Made by a program: the position numbers and the translations under genes. Shown piece by piece: positions 62,012-64,000 of a stretch of 64,000 nucleotides of DNA; position 1 is the first letter of the stretch, and every line of letters begins with the position of its first letter. The stretch covers positions 394,842 through 458,841 of the forward strand of contig JAFEAT010000010.1 of assembly GCA_018266255.1 (NCBI GenBank), given 5' to 3'. Below the pieces are notes generated by a model that was given only the letters and a program-made list of their open reading frames with translations, was not told the origin of the DNA and ran no database searches. The stretch comes from Cyanobacteria bacterium SZAS-4. GTDB taxonomy: Bacteria > Cyanobacteriota > Vampirovibrionia > Obscuribacterales > Obscuribacteraceae.

Positions 62012-63406
62012 ATGGGAAATGCCTCAGAGATTTTCAAGTTCACCCGGCTAAGCATTATCTGGCTATGCCTGATCTTCATTCCCGTCTGGCTTGTCGCATA
62101 CGCCGTCGGTATCTTCATTCCGTACTTCTTGATCAAAGATCAACAGAACATCTTCTTTGATGTTTTCCAGGCGCTCGTTCCAATCATCGCAGTGCTGGTC
62201 TTCATTCCAATCAACGCGATGTTCATGGTTTTGTTCGAAAGAAGGGGTCTGGCACTGTTTACGGTGCGCAGCGGACCTAACCGAGTCGGCGTGGATGGTT
62301 TGTTGCAAACCGCTGCCGATGCAGTGAAGTTGCTCTTCAAAGAAGACATCACACCACGTGGCGCAGATATCGCCATGTTCACTCTGGCTCCAATCACATT
62401 TTTCGCTCCATCTGTATTCGCCGCTATTCCACTGCTAGCAGCTGTTACCAACGATCATCCGCTTTTCCACATCGTCAATTTGCCAACCGGCATCTTCTAT
62501 GTTCTGGCAGCTTCATCGGTGCCAGTCGTTGGAATCGTGATGGGTGGCTGGGCTAGCAACAACAAATACTCATTGGTCGGTGGATTGCGAAGCGCCGCTC
62601 AGGCGATCAGCTACGAAATTCCACTGGTCTTGTCGCTTGTTTCGATGTGCATGATGGCGAAATCGCTAGATGTCGTGCAAATCGCCAATCAGCAAGCCGG
62701 CGGTATTCTCGACTGGAATATCTTTGGCGGTGGCGCATTGCGCGGTATCGACAAATTCATCGCGCTCAACTTAGTTGGCAACACAATCGATGCCAAAACA
62801 ATTCTCGACGCTGCCTATCCGTCTGGAATCTTGTCTTACATCGCAGCAGGCGTGCTCATCGTTTGCTCAGTGATCATGTTCTTGCTCTACCTGACTGGAG
62901 CATGCGCCGAAATCAACCGCATTCCGTTTGACTTGCCTGAGGCAGAAAGCGAACTGGTCAGCGGCTACAACACTGAATATAGTGGTATCAAATTCGCCAT
63001 CTTCTTCCTGGCAGAATTCACCAACTTGTTTATCGTCAGCTCCATTGCCGTTGTGATGTTTATGGGCGGCGGCGGTAACCCAATTCCAGCATGGTTGCTT
63101 GACCCATGGTGGCCAAGTTTCGCCAGCTCAGTTGGACCAATGTTCGACTTAGTCACTGCTAAAGGTTTGATGTTGGTCGATGAGCACACGTTCTTCCCAG
63201 CGCTGTGGGTAATCGCCAAGACCTATGCTTTCGTTTTCTTCGCTGTCTTGATTCGCGGCACTCTGCCTCGTTTCAGAATCGACCAACTGATGGACTTCGG
63301 CTGGAAGCGCTTGATTCCATTGTCTTTGATTGTGTTCTTAGTAATGGCATTTGCAAGAGTGTTGGTTAATGTCCACCTCGTTATGCCCGCGGGAGGAGCC
63401 CCCTAA
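62012..63406 (+). CDS. nuoH: NDH-1 subunit H (unusually long, with apparent insertions)
   Basis: 464 aa. Conserved LFERRGLALFTVRSGPNRVG, AEINRIPFDLPEAESELVSGY and RGTLPRFRIDQLMDFGWK blocks. Confidence 0.9.
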   Translation: MGNASEIFKFTRLSIIWLCLIFIPVWLVAYAVGIFIPYFLIKDQQNIFFDVFQALVPIIAVLVFIPINAMFMVLFERRGLALFTVRSGPNRVGVDGLLQTAADAVKLLFKEDITPRGADIAMFTLAPITFFAPSVFAAIPLLAAVTNDHPLFHIVNLPTGIFYVLAASSVPVVGIVMGGWASNNKYSLVGGLRSAAQAISYEIPLVLSLVSMCMMAKSLDVVQIANQQAGGILDWNIFGGGALRGIDKFIALNLVGNTIDAKTILDAAYPSGILSYIAAGVLIVCSVIMFLLYLTGACAEINRIPFDLPEAESELVSGYNTEYSGIKFAIFFLAEFTNLFIVSSIAVVMFMGGGGNPIPAWLLDPWWPSFASSVGPMFDLVTAKGLMLVDEHTFFPALWVIAKTYAFVFFAVLIRGTLPRFRIDQLMDFGWKRLIPLSLIVFLVMAFARVLVNVHLVMPAGGAP

Positions 63407-64000
63407 TGCCAAACTTGATTTCACGAGCTTTCGATAGTATTTATCAGGTTTTTAAGGGACTTTCGACTGTTGGCGGACATACGTTCAAAGAGCCGATCAC
63501 AGAGCAATATCCCGACCATGCGCCGAACTTGCCTGCAGAGTTTAGAGGACGATTGGCGCTCAGCGTAAATCCTGAAACCGGCGAGCATCTTTGTATTTCC
63601 TGCCGCCAGTGCGAGCGCGTTTGCCCAGACAAATGTATTGAAATCACTGCGCACAAGAGTCCTGAAACGAACAAGCTCGAGTTGATCGATTTCAAAATCG
63701 ACCATGGACTCTGCATGTTCTGCGGATTGTGCACTGAAGTTTGCCCAACCACTTGCATCATCAACACAAACGATTTTGAAATGGCTGACTACACTCGTGA
63801 ATCGCTGATTTACGACATCAAGAAATTGACGTTGAGCCAAGAAGAATCCGCATACTACTTCGAGAAGAAAGAGATTCCGATTCCGAAGCCAAAACCAGCT
63901 AAGCCCGCACCTGCTGCCGCTGGAGCTGCTGCTGCTGCGAAACCAGCTGCACCTGCTGCCGCTGCTGCTGCGACTGCCGACAAACCTGCTGCTGAAGCGA
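63406..64000 (+). CDS. nuoI: NDH-1 subunit I (3' end runs off the window) with an Ala/Pro/Lys-rich C-terminal extension
   Basis: The ATG overlaps the nuoH TAA by 1 nt (TAATG). My translation MPNLISRAFDSIYQVFKGLSTVGGHTF... has two 4Fe-4S boxes, CISCRQCERVCP and CMFCGLCTEVCP. From about 63883 it reads PKPKPAKPAPAAAGAAAAAKPAAPAAAAAATADKPAAEA. It is not in the ORF track because no stop lies in the window. Confidence 0.9.
   Translation, partial: MPNLISRAFDSIYQVFKGLSTVGGHTFKEPITEQYPDHAPNLPAEFRGRLALSVNPETGEHLCISCRQCERVCPDKCIEITAHKSPETNKLELIDFKIDHGLCMFCGLCTEVCPTTCIINTNDFEMADYTRESLIYDIKKLTLSQEESAYYFEKKEIPIPKPKPAKPAPAAAGAAAAAKPAAPAAAAAATADKPAAEA

Overview
Bacterial chromosomal window, about 50% GC by eye, densely coding on both strands with roughly 55 credible CDS. 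I found no rRNA, tRNA, CRISPR array, transposase or integrase.

Housekeeping anchors:
- A complete SUF Fe-S operon on the minus strand (sufC-sufB-sufD-Rieske-sufS-sufU-sufT, 991-7007) with a divergent SufR-like regulator.
- Pyruvate kinase, a GH57 branching-type enzyme, kdsA, ribosomal protein S1 and RNase III.
- The start of an NDH-1 operon in the order nuoA-B-C-D-H-I, with no nuoE/F/G.

Accessory blocks lie between these anchors.
- 8.1-20.0 kb: an S8 subtilase operon, a family of signal-less hydrophilic paralogs, a divergent two-component system, and a 749-aa protein with YD-like repeats and a papain (C1)-like head.
- 24.6-39.9 kb: a two-lobed retropepsin/TPR protein, a 1,900-aa giant protein ending in a zeta-toxin-like P-loop kinase, a secreted Siw14-like phosphatase, an ECF sigma module and an orphan HExxH protein.
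- 40.4-51 kb: a GAF-PAS-GAF-LuxR regulator, a five-gene MoxR/DUF58/DUF4350/DUF4129 operon, a NUDIX hydrolase and a GAF/HD-GYP protein.
- 54.2-57.6 kb: another paralog and an FBXL-like LRR protein.

Best candidate for something undescribed: the 749-aa and 1,900-aa proteins share a proline-rich, signal-less N-terminus, a short LPDLxxVxG motif and YD-like repeats. They carry different C-terminal enzymatic heads (papain-like peptidase versus zeta-like kinase), and neither has an adjacent immunity or antitoxin gene. This is polymorphic-toxin or effector-like logic.

Other signals: unexplained tandem repeats and a C10 tract in the leaders of these genes, a 27-29-nt dispersed element at three gene 3' ends, and Ala/Pro/Lys-rich tails on NuoC and NuoI.

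Taxon cannot be assigned from sequence alone. SufR, EFG-less NDH-1 and a short four-domain S1 are compatible with a Cyanobacteriota-related non-photosynthetic lineage, at low confidence. All domain calls come from motif reading by eye, not database searches.
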